Shown here one piece after another: positions 37,136 through 50,712 of a stretch of 64,000 nt of DNA. The DNA is taken from assembly GCA_030390025.1 (NCBI GenBank), contig CM059432.1:15006001-15070000 (forward strand). The letters are read 5' to 3'. The stretch's first letter is position 1. The number at the start of each line of letters is the position of its first letter. Made by a program: the position numbers and the translations under genes. Source of the DNA: Squalus acanthias. Lineage: Eukaryota. Below the pieces are notes generated by a model, which searched no databases, was not told the origin of the DNA, and was given only the letters and a program-made list of their open reading frames with translations.

Positions 37136-37482
37136 CAATGGCTCCAGCTGGAAATAACACACATGGGGATGTTAGATGAGCACAGGATCAGAACCGACTC
37201 CCCACTCCCCATTCCAAGTCAAAAGGCCTGTTCCCACATGAAGATTGGGCTCACTTGGGTGAGGTGCCAGAGAGCAACCAAAGCTCTTGGAACTGTAGCC
37301 CCTCACCGTGCAGGTCAATAGCTTCAGGAGGGGAAGGGAGGAAACTGGAGGGGGGGAAACAAGTAAAAAGAACGTAAATCATTTTTATTATCAGACTACT
37401 TTTATGACCTGTGTTTGTTCATTATTCAGATTGTTTGGACAAAAGTGCTTTACAAAGGCCACCAGCACAGTGAGAGACAACC

Positions 37483-37988
37483 ACAGAAATTTACAGCACA
37501 GAAGGAGGCCATTCAGCCCATCGTGTCCGTGCTGGCCGACAAAGAGCTATCCAGCGTAATCCCACTTTCCAGCTCTTGGTCCATAGCCTTGTAGGTTACG
37601 GCACTTCAAGTGCATATCCAAGTACTTTTTAAGTGTGATGAGGGTTTCTGCCTCTACCACCCTTTAAGGCAGTGAGTTCTAGACCTCCACCACCCTCTGG
37701 GTGAAGAAAGTTCTCCTCAACTCCCCTCTAAACTTCCAACCAATTACTTTAAATCTATGCTGAGGGAAATAGGTCCTTCCTATCCACTCTATCTAGGCCC
37801 CTCATAATTTTACACACCTCAATTAAGTCTCCCCTCAGCCTCCTCTGTTCGAAAGAAAACAACCCCAGCCTATCCAATCTTTCCTCATAGCTAAAATTCC
37901 CCAGCCCAGGCAACATCCTCGGAAATCTCCTCTGCACCCCCTCTAGTGCAATCACATCCTCCCTGTAATGTGGTGACCAGAACTGCAC
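37483..37988 (-). mobile_element. CR1 3' fragment
   Basis: CVQFWSPHYREDVIALEGVQRRF...RGDLIEV. Confidence 0.9.
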
Positions 37989-38941
37989 GCAGAGTCGGGG
38001 GTGCGGGCAAGTAGCAGCCGGCAACAGACCGCAAATTTAATGCAGAACCGGGAGGAAGCTCCACAATAAGGTAAGTTAAAAAAAAATTACAATTTACCTT
38101 TCCAAAGGCATCCTCCAATGGTCCCTTTGAGGAACACTGGTGTGGCTGCCAAGCGCCTCAGTATACTAACGGTGCTAGCTGTAGAAAGGGGGCCTCAAAC
38201 AGGTGTTAGTCCTTCTATTTGCGTAGCAAAGGGCCTAAACACCTGTTTCAGAAGCGGACCCTGGACGACTATACAGGAGCCTTTACCAACATGGCGCACT
38301 CCCGACACAGAACGTGCATGCGCACGCAGCCCATCATATTAGAAGCTTAGGTGCCAATTTTATGCTTGTAAAAGAAGCGTGGCACCAATGGATTTCTGGG
38401 CCCCAGAGTCAGGGCCTGACCTGACTGGAGCTAAGTGGAGTGAAATTTCCCTGGAGCAGGAAGTCTCACTGTGCTTCACGTTCATATTCTACAATTTACA
38501 CTACAGCTATTTAGGACGAAATGTGCAGTGAAACTTCTTTGCTCCAAAGCTGCAGTTGTAAAGTAATTGCAGACGAATATAGTGCCACAGCATTCATAGA
38601 CTAATTATACTGCACAGAGTGCATTTATGTAAAGCAGCTTTTGGCTTTATATGTACACACATTGTGTAGCGTCAATTGGCTGCAAAGTCACTTGCCTTGA
38701 TTTTCAGGCAGCAGTGGGAGACGAGCTCCAACAGGTAGACTGGTCCAGCCTCTGTTTCACACCCACTTAAGTATAACTGCAAGCTGTGCAAAGTAAAGTT
38801 TAAAAAATTCCCAGGGGGTGCAGCAGAACTTGTGAACTTTTCAAACTTCACCTTTTAATCATTTTAGTGCTAACGGAGACAGCTGGCTCCCCGCTAATAT
38901 TGAAACGTGACCAGCAACCAGTGGCTAGAAGCTGTCTTCCG

Positions 38942-39470
38942 AACATATGGAATCGATGGGCAGGAAAAGACCAGCTGGTTCATCAAGCCTGCCCCACACC
39001 ATGATGGCCGGAGCATTATGACTAGACACTTCCTAACCCTGCCCCCCACCCAGCTATGTAATCTCCTGGGAGAGACAAGTCAAAGCAGAGAAAAAAAAAA
39101 CAGGGCCAATAAGGGGAAAAAATACGTTGTAAAATTCCTCTCCAAATCCCTCAGGCGATCAAGGGGATCACATGGACCAAGTGTTTTCTATAAAGGCACC
39201 AGTCGGCAATGTATTCCAGAGGCTCACTACTTTCTCGGAAAAGAAGAACCGCCTAACATCCAATCTATCCCAACTTTTGCACAATTTAAACTCTTGCCCC
39301 CTGGTCCTCCTCAATCTGTTAAACTGGGGGAATCCATCAATGAGAACGCTATCCAGCCCATTGCTCTTTTAATAGTGCTTTCAACTAATCTAATGGCTGT
39401 CCTCCAGTGTCCTCTTCGTATGCACTCCACCTCTGGACCAAAGTTCTTGTCCTGTTTCTGAATCAGAGAG
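38942..39470 (-). mobile_element. Divergent CR1-like 3' fragment with a distinct 3' UTR
   Basis: Minus strand reads TRGQEFKLCKSWDRLDVRRFFFSEKVVSLWN; the tail gaccagctggttcatcaagcc also occurs at about 46743-46800. Confidence 0.7.
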
Positions 39471-42400
39471 ACTGGCCACACCCAGACTCTTCGGAAACGA
39501 AGGGATGAATTCCCACGGGGGGGGGGTCTCCTGCTCGTCCACTTTAACTTCGGGGGGAAGAGCTGCGGAAACCCCGGAGAAACGGCGCGCACGGCATTTG
39601 TGATGCATTTCCGCCAAAGTTAGGATGGGCGGGCGAGCAGGAGATCCTCGGCTAATATTGAAATGCACACAGTGGCTAGAAGCTGTCTTACAAACATGCA
39701 AAATTCAGCCCACCCCACCCCCGATATTTTGGGAGAAGATTTTGAAAATGAAATAATTGCGTTTTGAAGCAGGCGCAGTCGAGTTCTAATTTCACATTTG
39801 CTTCAAGGTTCTTTGTGAATTCCTTGAATGGAAAAGGAATCATTTTCTCAAGGTTTAAAAAGATTATACTGCAGCAGTTCAACTTTTGCTAACAGAAATC
39901 CATTCTCAGTGCTCTGTTTGAAGGAGGCTGCATCAAATCGGCTGGCTAATAGATATATTGTCAGATATGAATGCTAGTGGATGTCTCTTAAGTACTCATT
40001 CACGCTATTCTATTACATGAAGCAGCATCTGTAAATGCCTTAACATTACAGTCCCATGTAAAGTGCTCAAAATCAGGCAAGGTTTCAGTTGTTTGGAGTA
40101 GAAAAGTACAAACTCCTACAATAATTCTGCTTCTTAATACACAGAACACACCCTTTGTATTTAGCTCCGAGCACCAGTCCATTTTATCATTTCATCAATT
40201 CTATGCCGGTTTACTTTCTAACTTCTTTGGAATACACTACGAGGAGATAATTGCCACCAAACCGCCCACTGCTTTCACCTTCCCTACTCGCTCGAAAAAA
40301 TAATGAAATTGCTACAACCAACTAGCAATGCTAAGGGAACTAGGACAGCTCCAGCAGCTTTTATCATCATCAGGAATGCAACGTGAGGCTTCTCTCAGGA
40401 ATATCGTTGAGCCCACAAAGCCTGACCCTGTGTAAATCTGAAGCTAGCTATTCAAAATTCCCTCAATGGTTCCTTAGAGCCCTTTTAAAGGTGCCCTCAA
40501 TGCCAATGCCAACCGAGCTTCCAGCAGTAAAATGTTGCCAGTTGCTGTTGTGACGCAAAAGCGCCTTTCAGCCTAGCTTCTTGCCCCTGGCATTTATCGC
40601 TCCACATTTAATCAGCACTGCTGTAGATTGAGCTTTGTTTTTTCAGAAGAGAATGAAATAGGACAAGAACTAAAAGTAGTGTTCGGATCAATTCTCATTT
40701 CAGGTTCAATTCACAGCACAATCTTGCGGAACTTTACACTTTAAATTCCATTACAACAATCAGTGCTATTTTGGAAGCTCAATTTTAAGGGCCCATGCGA
40801 CAATTGGCTTGATTTCAAGACACCGTGGTCAATAGTTGAGAGCAGATCGAACCTTTTCTGAGCTTCCTCGAAAGATATATTATAATTTCTGGTATAAAAT
40901 TGCCACATTTTATTCGATCATTATAAAGTTTGCGAAATCAGCAAAGTCTGTTTAGGGAGATAAGTGCTTATGAAGGCCTGTTAATGGGGACAGGGTCCTT
41001 TCTGAACTCCCACTTCCCTTTAACAGCACATACATTCCATTGGAGTAATGCAATCCACTGACTATGTGGCCCAACGAGTGTCTCTGTTGCCAAGGAAACG
41101 GTATTTGTTATGACATCGGGACTTTGGAATACCTCCAGTTCCCTGTTTGTATAAAACTGACTCCAAAGCAAAAGAGACAAGTTTTTGACTCTTCAGTGAT
41201 TCCGCCATCAGCATATTTCAATGGAATGACACAGAGCAGCGCACATGCAGTGTATGGCCTCGTAGCGCTCTCTGAGGTCTGTTTAGTCTGAACCAAGACT
41301 CATGTTGTACAAACTGTACCAGAGTGATCTTTAAAATGTAAACAGACCCAAGGTTTCAGCTTTCTTCCACTGCTGTATTAACAGATGGATCGGACATTCA
41401 GCAGGACATGCTTCATGACAGAAATGAGGTTTACACGAGACATCTGGGGTTCTGTCCACCCTCAAGTGAAATAAGGTCCAAACTTCAACATATCATTCGG
41501 TATTAGTCTGAGCCTTTGAAAGATACTGGAAGAAATGAATGGATGAAGCAAAAAGAAGCAGTTGGGCATTAAAGGCATTGCATTGCACACTGTGGCATTA
41601 GCCACATTATTTCACAGTGTGGAAATGTTCCATTTACAACACTGACTAAGGGTAATTACAGTGTTATTACTACACTTATTTAGCATATTCGTACCAATAT
41701 GCTATCAGAAAAATTGTATTCCGACCAATTTGTGTTAATATTGTGCCCATATGCCTCTTCTGTATGATACGGTCAATTCATCCACGCAAATTGCTCCCAC
41801 TACTATCCCCACCAATATTTCACCCTAGTGTTTTACAGCTTAAACACCCAAACTGGGAAAGACAAAATCTACTCTTGTGCTGTTGGTTGCCTTTTTTGCA
41901 GTTCAAGTGTACATAAAAGGAGGATTTCATTTACCCATGATTATATTTTGATGACGCCCTGCTAAATCTGCAGCTGCCTCTTCCATCGATGTTTTTGTTC
42001 ATAGTTGTTTCTACTTCAAGTGATTTTAATTTTGTGTTTGTTATTTACTGGGTTAAGAACATATGCAATGCACCTGCGATGTTCAGATAAGCCGTCTGTT
42101 ATGTGTGAGGCACCAGCATGGCGCGAGGTCTCAGAACATCTTCGCTTAACTGTGCACCCTTTCAAAGATACCGCTTCTCTTCTTACCAGATGACAATGGA
42201 TGAGCTCATCTATCCAGAAGAACTCTACTGTTCACCCAGTCAAGGCCTTCAGTTGCTTCTTAAACGATTCCAGGATTTTCACTTCCGCTGTGCTTTATGG
42301 AAGTTTATCCCATTTACGATCACTCTTTGAATGAAGAAGAACTTCCTAATATCCTAAGTCCTTAAATTTGCCCTCTTTTAGTTCAACCTTGTCCTACAGC

Positions 42401-42604
42401 AATGGCTTAGACTAAAACTATCTTTTTTTATACAGTTTACTATCTCTTATATCTCTGATATCGGCCTCCTCGTTTCAAAGCAAGAAAGCCCAAATTTTCC
42501 CTCATAACTCTGTTGCAAGGCATCAGCCTCGTGGTTCCTCTTTGAACTAGTTCCAGGGCCTGAAAGTCTGCCTTGGGTTTCGGTAACCAGAAGTGGACAA
42601 TAAT

Positions 42605-43255
42605 CGTAAAATAATCAAAAAGACTAATGGGATGCTGGCCTTTATATCTAGAGGACTAGAATTCAAGGGGGCAGAAGTTATGCTGCAGCTATACAAAACC
42701 CTGGTTAGACCACACCTGGAGTACTGAGAGCAGTTCTGGGCACCACACCTTAGGAAGGATATATTGGCCTTGGAGGGAGTGCAGCGTAGGTTTACCAGAA
42801 AGATACCCGGACTTCAAGGGTTAAGTTACGAGGAGAGATTACACAAACTAGGGTTGTATTCCCTAGAATTTAGAAGGTTAAGGGGTGATCTGATCGAAGT
42901 TTGCAAGATATTAAGGGGAACTGATAGGGTAGATAGAGAGAAACTATTTCCGCTAGTTGGGGATTCTAGAACTAGTCTAAAAATTAAAGCCAGACCTTTC
43001 AGGAGTGAAACACTTCTGCACACAAAGGGTGGTGGAAATTTGGAACTCTCTTCCGCAAATGGCAATTGATGCTAGATCAATTCTTAATTTTAAATCTGAG
43101 ATTGATAACTTTTTGTTAACCAAAAGTATTAAGGGGTATGGGCCAAAGGTGGGTATATGGAGTTAGGTGGGTTGTAGATCAGCCATGATCTCATTGAATG
43201 GCGGAACAGGCACGAGGGGCTGAATGGCCTACTCCGGTTCCTATGTTCCTACGTT
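42605..43255 (+). mobile_element. CR1 3' fragment
   Basis: ALEGVQRRFT...LGLYSLEFRRLRGDLIEV; ttcctatg tail. Confidence 0.9.
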
Positions 43256-43737
43256 CAAGTCCTGAAGGTATAGTTCGACCAGTCTCTTGAACAGTGTTGT
43301 ATATTCAAACAGCTATGGGGGTGGAGTAGAGGGAGAGGGAGATGGGGACGGACGTTGGGGGAGCAGCAAATCCCCAGGATTAGAACCGATAGTTTACCAT
43401 AAAAGACACAATTTATAGAAATTTGCTGTGTATATTTCAGGTGCTGCTGAATATTGTTAATATTCAGTACGTGCAGGATAGATGATGAGTGACTAGAAAT
43501 ATGGAAAACATTTCATAATGGTCAGCCCATTAATCATTTTAATTTAGTTTTTTTTCCAACTGGGTACTAATTTCTCTGATGTAAAATGGTACCTAATAGT
43601 GATGGGAATTAATCACGTCGCTTCTATGGTTGTAAGTCACAGCCATGCATTGACTGCAGCTCGTCACTAGGCCACACCCTCTAGGTAGTCCTGAGTTACA
43701 GTCACATTGCTGCTTTAGTGTATTGCTATATGCTGCC

Positions 43738-44107
43738 TTCTTCTTCTTCTTAGGCAGTCCCTCGGAGCCGAGGATGACTTGCTTCCACATTAAAAATGAG
43801 TTCTCAGGTGACTGCTGAGTCCAATGCGGGACCTACAGTCTCTGTCACAGGTGGGGCAGACGGTGGTTGAAGGGGCGGGTGGATGGGGTACTTGGGTTGA
43901 CGTGCGCTCCTTGCGCTGCTTCCGCTTGCTCCCGGCGAAGAGACTCGAGGTGTTCAGTGCCTTCCCGGATGCCTCTCCTCCACTTTGTGCGGTCTTGGGC
44001 CAGGGATTCCCAGGTGTCGGTGGAGATGTTGCACTTTTTCAAGGAGGCTTTGAGGGTGTCCTTGAAGCGTTTCCTCTGCCCACCTGGGGCTCTCTTGCCG
44101 TGTCGGA
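43738..44107 (-). mobile_element. RTE-clade LINE 3' fragment
   Basis: HGKRAPGGQRKRFKDTLKASLKKCNI...WESLAQDRTKWR, then a frameshifted CPTCDRDCRSRIGLSSHLRTH zinc finger and a (GAA)n tail. Confidence 0.88.
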
Positions 44108-44159
44108 TATATGCCAAGGTGGTTATGAATCATAGTTATGCCATTGCAATGGTGTGTCG

Positions 44160-44945
44160 TTACACCTCCACTCTCCTCCTGTAGTCCCAATTCACAGTCT
44201 TGGATGCCCACCACAATCTCCCCATTCTTGCCACTGATTCCAGCACTATCACAGGCTGAAGCAAACTGTTGGCAACCTTGACATTCTGCTCGACCCCAGG
44301 TTGAGCTTCTGACTCCATATCCTCTCCAACCCAAAGACCACCTACTTCCACCTCCATAACTTCGCCCAACTCCTCTCCTACCTCAGCCCAATTGCTGCTG
44401 AAACCCTCATCCATGCCTGTGTCAGCTCTTGGCGCGACTCTTCCAATGGTCTCCTGGCCAGCCTCCCGCTCTTCATCCTCCATAAACTTCAGCTCCATAA
44501 AACATTATTGCCCATATCTTATCCCGCACCAAGTCCTGCTAGCCCATCGCCTCTGTCCTAGGCTCCTTCTTCCCCAAAGCTTCAGATTTAAAATTGTTGT
44601 GTTTAAATCCTTTATTGGCTTCACTATGTACACAACTTTCAGTGCTACAGCCCCTCTCCCCTGACTTCTCCGTTCCTCTGATTCCAGCCTCTTTGTGCAT
44701 CCTCCGCCCTCCCATTACAGGCCGTGCCTTCATCCGTCTAGGCCCCACCCTCTTGGGATTCACTCCCTAAACCCCTCTGCCTCTCCTCCACCCTCTCCGT
44801 CTTTAAGACTAACCTCTTTGGCCGAGCTTCTCATCATTCCTCCGAATATCTCCTTTGGCTCAGTGTCCTACTGTTATTTACACTTCTGACAAATGCCTTG
44901 AAACATTTTCCGACAATAAAAGGTGCAATATAAATTCAAGTTATT
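44160..44945 (+). mobile_element. Decayed L2 3' fragment
   Basis: gctgctgaaaccctcatccatgcct and other segments collinear with the reverse complement of 1990-3023. Confidence 0.75.
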
Positions 44946-45611
44946 GCAGGTTCTACGGGTTAATTAAAATGTAAGTTATGTGAAAGGATCTAGAGAAATT
45001 GATATCAATATCGAGCATCCCTCCTCCCACTGTTCACATTGTGAAATATAAATCTGCTGGAGATGCGTGGGTTAGTACACTGTCCTGTTACATTCGGAAA
45101 TTGGTTTTGAATTTGACTCCATCTCATGGGATAAAAAGTCTCCTCTCTCTCGTTACTGAGAGAGTCTTATCTGAAATGAGCTTGGGAAGTCTCAATTGTA
45201 GTGTGTGTGGGCCCAAAGCATAATATCAGCCATAATTCAGCACAAATTACCACTAAATTGGTAATTCACACTGGTGCAGATGAGAGTGCTCTTCTGCAGT
45301 TTGGATTAAGGCACGACGTTGGCACAGAACTGTTCCATCACTGACCTGGGAGTTTGTGACTCTGCTGCTCAATGATACTGGTGTAAAAGGTGGGGGCAAA
45401 AATCTCAGCTCCCGGCATTGACAACCTCACCTTGATGAATGTTAATTCCCACATACTGTTCAATTAAAAAGCTGCAGTGGTTGTATAAATATAGGAGTGG
45501 GTTTTCACTCGATGCAGTATTTTCAGGCAGCTGATCAGCAGGGTGCTCAGGCCGGACGTCCTATAGTGCCGACAGGAGACCCGCTCCATTTTGATAACCA
45601 GGCCTCATTGA

Positions 45612-46085
45612 GTCCTGGGATGGCGGGACTGTCGTATGAGAAGAGATTGAGTAAACTAGGCCTGTATTCTCTTGAATTCAGAAGAATGAGAGGGGATCTC
45701 ATTGAAGCATACAAAATTATTACAGGGCTCGATAGGGTGGATGCTGGGAGAATGTTTCCCTTGGCTGGGGAGTCTAGAACCAGGGGCCACAGCCTCAGGA
45801 TAAAGGGTAGGCCATTCAGGACTGAGATGAGAAGAAATTTCTTCACACAGAGGGTGGTGGATCTTTGGAATTCTCTACCCCAGAGGGCTGTGGAGGCTCA
45901 GTCATTGGGTATATTCAAAACAGAAGTCGATAGATTTCTGACTAGTAAGGGCATCAAGGGATATGGCGATAGGGCCGGTGAATGGAGTTGAGGCAGAAGA
46001 TCAGCCGTGATCTCATTGAATGGCGGAGCAGGATCGAGGGGCTGAATGGCCGACTCCTGCTCCTATTTCTTATGTTATGTTCTTA
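45612..46085 (+). mobile_element. CR1 3' fragment
   Basis: PGMAGLSYEKRLSKLGLYSLEFRRMRGDLIE...GIKGYGDRAG. Confidence 0.92.
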
Positions 46086-46274
46086 TTAACATGGGCCTTT
46101 TGGGCGATACGTGAAAAACGAGAGGCCCCAGGGCAGTCTGATGGCTCTCGGTCACCGCAATATCGGGTTGTTTGGTCGTCCAGGCCCAGATAAAAGGTAG
46201 GTTGGGTGCGGGGGGGTGGTCCATTCTCGGGTTGGGGGCAGGGGTAGAGAGGATCCTGGTGCAGCAGCGGCCAA

Positions 46275-46512
46275 GGTGTGAATCTTTGGAACTCTCTGCC
46301 CCAGAGGGCTGTGGATGTTCAGTCGTTGAGTCTACTCAAGACTGAGATCGATAGATTTTTGGATACTAAGGGAATCAAGGGATATGGGAATAGGGCGGGA
46401 AAGTGGAGTTGAGGTTGAAGATCAGCCTTGATCTTATTGAATGGCGGAGCAGGCTTGAGGGGCCATATAGCGTACTCTTGCTCCTAATTCTTATGTTATG
46501 TTATTATGTTAT
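46275..46512 (+). mobile_element. CR1 3' tail fragment
   Basis: ggaactctctgccccagagggctgtgg to (ttatg)n. Confidence 0.88.
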
Positions 46513-47076
46513 TGCTGTGGAGCCCCGAGGAGCACTCCTGCTTCTCCTGACCCCACAAAAATAAGCAAATACTGATACTGGCCGCAACACACACATTCCG
46601 TCCAGCTGAGTCCTTAAGCACCATAGGGGTCTCCCATGAAGATCATTGGATGCCCCCCCGCCCCCCCCCACCATTTAAATACCTAAATTAGCCATGTGCT
46701 CTGACGGCCAGGCTGCCTATTCTGAGGATCCTGACATACAAACATAGAAAATGGCCGGGAGGTAAAGACCAGCTGGTTCATCAAGCCGGCCCCTAACCTC
46801 AATGGCCTCAGTGACGACGGGGACAGGACAGTAAACTGCTCCCCGTGATTCATGGGGGGCTGATGTCCCATTTCCGCCAGGCAGGAGGTCTCAAAAGTTT
46901 CCCCGTTGGTATCAAAGATATGTGCGCGATTAACAAAATGAGAGTATTTTGTAAAAAAAAAGATTAACTATTTACATTGGGTACTTGGGTACTCACAGAC
47001 CTAGAGCAGCGTCACCATGACCCAGTAATGTGGACCAACGTAAGCCATCATTATGGCTCACTGCCGAGATTTCTTT

Positions 47077-47240
47077 GGGATAGGTTTTCAAATTGCCGCC
47101 TGGGTGTGAAGCTAGCATTGCGGATCGCCCACCCGTTCAAGACACGGAACTGAATGGAAAGGTAAATCGGGCAGTTTCTCTAACGGGTGGCCAATGGCAA
47201 TGCTAGTTTACATCCAGGCGACAAGTAGAAAATCTAACTC
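47077..47240. mobile_element. Palindromic MITE-like element
   Basis: Arms taggttttcaaattgccgcctgggtgtgaagctagcattgc and gcaatgctagtttacatccaggcgacaagtagaaaatcta are reverse complements; inner ccacccgtt/aacgggtgg. Confidence 0.78.
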
Positions 47241-47305
47241 ATCGTGTCCCCAGGAGACGTACTATGACATAGGGGCCACTTCCATTGTATAAATATATAT
47301 TACAA

Positions 47306-47398
47306 GAAAGGTCATAGACCTGAAACGTTAACTCTGTTTCTCTCTCCACAGACGCTGCCTGACCTGCTGAGTATTTCCAGCATTTTCTGTTTTTATCC
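47306..47398 (+). mobile_element. Penelope-like terminal fragment truncated inside the hammerhead
   Basis: gaaaggtcatagacctGAAAcgttaactctg...cagcattttctg; the CTGAnGA box is missing. Confidence 0.8.
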
Positions 47399-48072
47399 CT
47401 GGATGATGAAGCTAGGACATTATTATAACGATGTGGAGAATGTATCTTTAGAAGCAATTCCCATTTACAGAATTAATTCTTCTATTTGATACGATCCTTT
47501 CACTGAATCATTAGACTTTACATTTCAAGTTCACATTTTGTATGACTTTTTTCAGCTAAAGCGAATAATATGCACACATCAGTAATTACATGGTTCGTAC
47601 TCGATAATAAACCTGACAGTTGTTACCCATCAGCCACTGGCAAGTCCATTCACAACTATATATTAGTTTCATATTGGCTGACGGTAATTCTGTAACATTA
47701 GCTATCGGCAAGCTGCTGCTTAGGGCTGGCTTTGTCTTATGAAGGGGCGCATTTCAAATTTGTTTCCTTCATGAAGGTGCCCCTTGCTCTGAATAAATAG
47801 TATTAGGGAGAGATCCCTGTGCTCTTAGACCAACACCCCTGTGCCATGATGAATAGAAAGTGCTTGGTCCCCAATAGTTTTATGGGTAAATACACCGCCC
47901 GCTGAACCGTACCCAGCAGGAAGGTTCCAGGTCGGAGCCCTGGTCAATGGTGAGTTTACTAATCTCAGCTGGCCAGAATAACCTTGGACTAAGGAGAGGG
48001 ATAACCAGCCAGGGTTCTTGCTCTTTAAGAGGGACAGGATTGGAAAGTTCAGCAGAACAATGGCCATAATGG

Positions 48073-48418
48073 TCTGCAGTGTGTACCATCTACAAGATGC
48101 ACTGCAGCAACTCGCCAAGGCTTCTTCGAAAGCACCTCCCAAACCCACGACCTCTACCACCGCGCAAGGCGCATGGGAACACCACCACCTCCAAGTTCTC
48201 CTCCAAGTCACACACCAGCCTGACTTGGAAATATATCGCCGTTCCTTCATCGTCGCTGGGTCAAAATCCTGGAACTCCCTCCCTAACAGCACTGTGGGAG
48301 TACCTTCACCACACGGACTGCAGCAGTTCAAGAAGGCGGCTCACCACCACCTTCTCAAGGGCAATTAGGGATGGGCAATAAATGCTGGCCTTGCCAGCGA
48401 CGCCCACATCCCGTGAAA
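48073..48418 (+). mobile_element. 3' fragment of the same LINE family as 3155-4788
   Basis: Closely matches about 4428-4770 (TIYKMHCSNSPRLL; gggatgggcaataaatgctggcc). Confidence 0.9.
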
Positions 48419-49098
48419 AGAGGGTTGGAGTATAGAGGTGAGAGCAGGCTGAGCTACCAAAAAGAGTATGAGAGCCGTGACAGAACAGCCTCTCCCGATA
48501 TGGGAGCAATAGTCTGACTTCAATTGTCGAAGCCAGCAAGGAGACCTATCACACAACTTAGATTGAAATAAACAAGACAATTAGTAAGGTTGTGCGGCTG
48601 CAATATTGTTTGCAATTTAATCTTGATAACAAATTGATTACCAATAAATTAGCCTGCTCCTGCTTCATCTGGGCCCACAAAAACAAAACAGAACGTTTCC
48701 TGGGCCTTTTCTCGAGCAGACCACCAGCGGTCCCTTTGGAAAGTGCTGGTTAGGTTGCTCAATGCCTGGTACACTACGCAGAGCATGCACACCGCACATT
48801 CTGCCCATTTGTACCTGAAAATTGCCATCGAGGTCCCACATGGCATGGACCATGATTTACATATTCAGGCAGCATTATGCTTGTTTCGAGCGGGTGAGCC
48901 GCTCACCCATTTACAGGCCCGCCTGAAATTTGCACCACATCGGCCTTGGACAGCATTGGGACGGCCGGGGTGACTCCCAGTTTTCAACTGCCCGGTTTTC
49001 TGGCGAGAATCTGGTGCTTGGCCGTTGTAAGTTGCCCACAGTGGCTTCAGAACTAGAGAGGGAAAAAAGTAGCAAATATTGGCGCACTAATTCATCAT

Positions 49099-49562
49099 GT
49101 GTCAGCTGTGGCTCAGTGGGTAGCACACTCGCCTCTGAGTCAGAAGATTGTGGGTTCAAGTCCCACTCCAGGGACTTGAGCACATAAATCTAGGCTGACA
49201 CTCCAGTGCAGTGCTGAGGGAGTGCGGCACTGTTAGAGGTCTTTTGGATGAGACGTTAAACCGAGGCCCCGTCTGCTCTCTCAAGTGGATGTAAAAGATC
49301 CCATGGCACTATTTCGAAGAAGAGCAGGGGAGTTATCCCCGGTGTCCTGGCCAATATTTATCCCTCAACCAACATAACAAAAACAGATTATCTGGTCATT
49401 ATTACATTGCTGTGTGTGGGACCTTGCTGTGCGCAAATTGACTGCTGCGTTTCCCACATTACAACAGTGACTCCACTTCAAAAGTACTTCATTGGCTGTA
49501 AAGTGCTTTGAGACATCCGGTGGTCATGAAAGGCGCTATATAAATGCAAGTCTTTCTTTCTT
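49099..49562 (+). mobile_element. Deu-domain (SacSINE1-like) SINE, near full length
   Basis: A-box TGGCTCAGTGG, B-box GGTTCAAGTCC, L2-like tail. Confidence 0.88.
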
Positions 49563-49574
49563 TTCTTCTTTTAT

Positions 49575-49825
49575 GGCCTGATTATAATCGCTCAACCATC
49601 GGTGGTTGCGCCTTCAGCTGCCTAGGCCCTAAGCTCTGGAACTCCCTCCCTAAACATCTCTACCTCTCTTTCTTCCTTTAAGATGCTCCTTAAAACCTAC
49701 CTCATCTGCCCTAATTTCTTATGTGGCTGGTGTCAATTTTTTTTGTCTTATAACACTCCTGTGAAGCGCCTTGGGACGTTTTACTACGTTAAAGGCGCTA
49801 TATAAATACAAGTTGTTGTTGTTGT
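49575..49825 (+). mobile_element. L2 3' tail
   Basis: Reverse-complement match to about 1990-2265; (gtt)n end. Confidence 0.85.
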
Positions 49826-50244
49826 CATCTAAAGGATATTTCAAAATACTAGCATTGTCCAATTAGCGTAGTTTAAGGAACATTGTGAGCACAACCTACA
49901 GCCAAGGTTTGTTAAAACCTGTGGGCTTAATGTAATAATACTCTGGGTCCAGTTTGTTATATTTGTGCTGCTAACTAGACTGCAAATGGCCTGGAATCGT
50001 CACTTTGTTCTCTGCCAAAGAAGAATACATAGATATGACGTGGGGAGCGATCGGAAACTTACTTTAAAAACCACGTCCGCCTTCATCCTACCCACTAATG
50101 AAATGCTTATTTGCATTGGGTAAACACACGGGATAAAAATGAGTGCATTTTGTAAACATGGACATTTTCAACTAAATCAGGAGTGAAAAGGCCAAAGTAT
50201 GAGGTAAATGAAAATGTTTCACACTTTGCAAATCTGGGATCAAT

Positions 50245-50681
50245 GCAATGGAATGGGCGGGTTGTCTTATGAGGAAAGGTTGGACAGGCTAAGCTTTTAT
50301 CCACTGGAGTTTAGAAGAGTAAGAGGTGACTTGATTGAAACATATAGGGGGAAAGATTCAGTTAGTTGCGCCTCCCGTTAGTGCCTAGCAACTAGCGCCC
50401 GGGCGCGGCGATGTTTGCACCGCTCGCGAAATTAACTAGACATTTTGCGGCGACGCTAAACACTGCCGCCACGATCTCCTGCACCGGCAGATCGTGACGT
50501 CAGTCAAGTGCGCAACGCCCCGGAGCGGATATTGAGTGGCGCCCCCTGCCTTACCGCCTGCCGCTAGCAACGACAGGTTGAGGGGAGCGTTTTGCAGTCA
50601 GGAAGGGACTGGGGGAGCGCTATTTAAAGGCGACCGCTTCCTGCCTTTTTTTGTTGGTGACATTTTTGAACCACGCATTCT

Positions 50682-50712
<31 letters not shown>

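Noticed and set aside
49099..49175. tRNA gene
   Set aside because: A and B boxes run straight into a SINE body; the same applies to 63490-63566.
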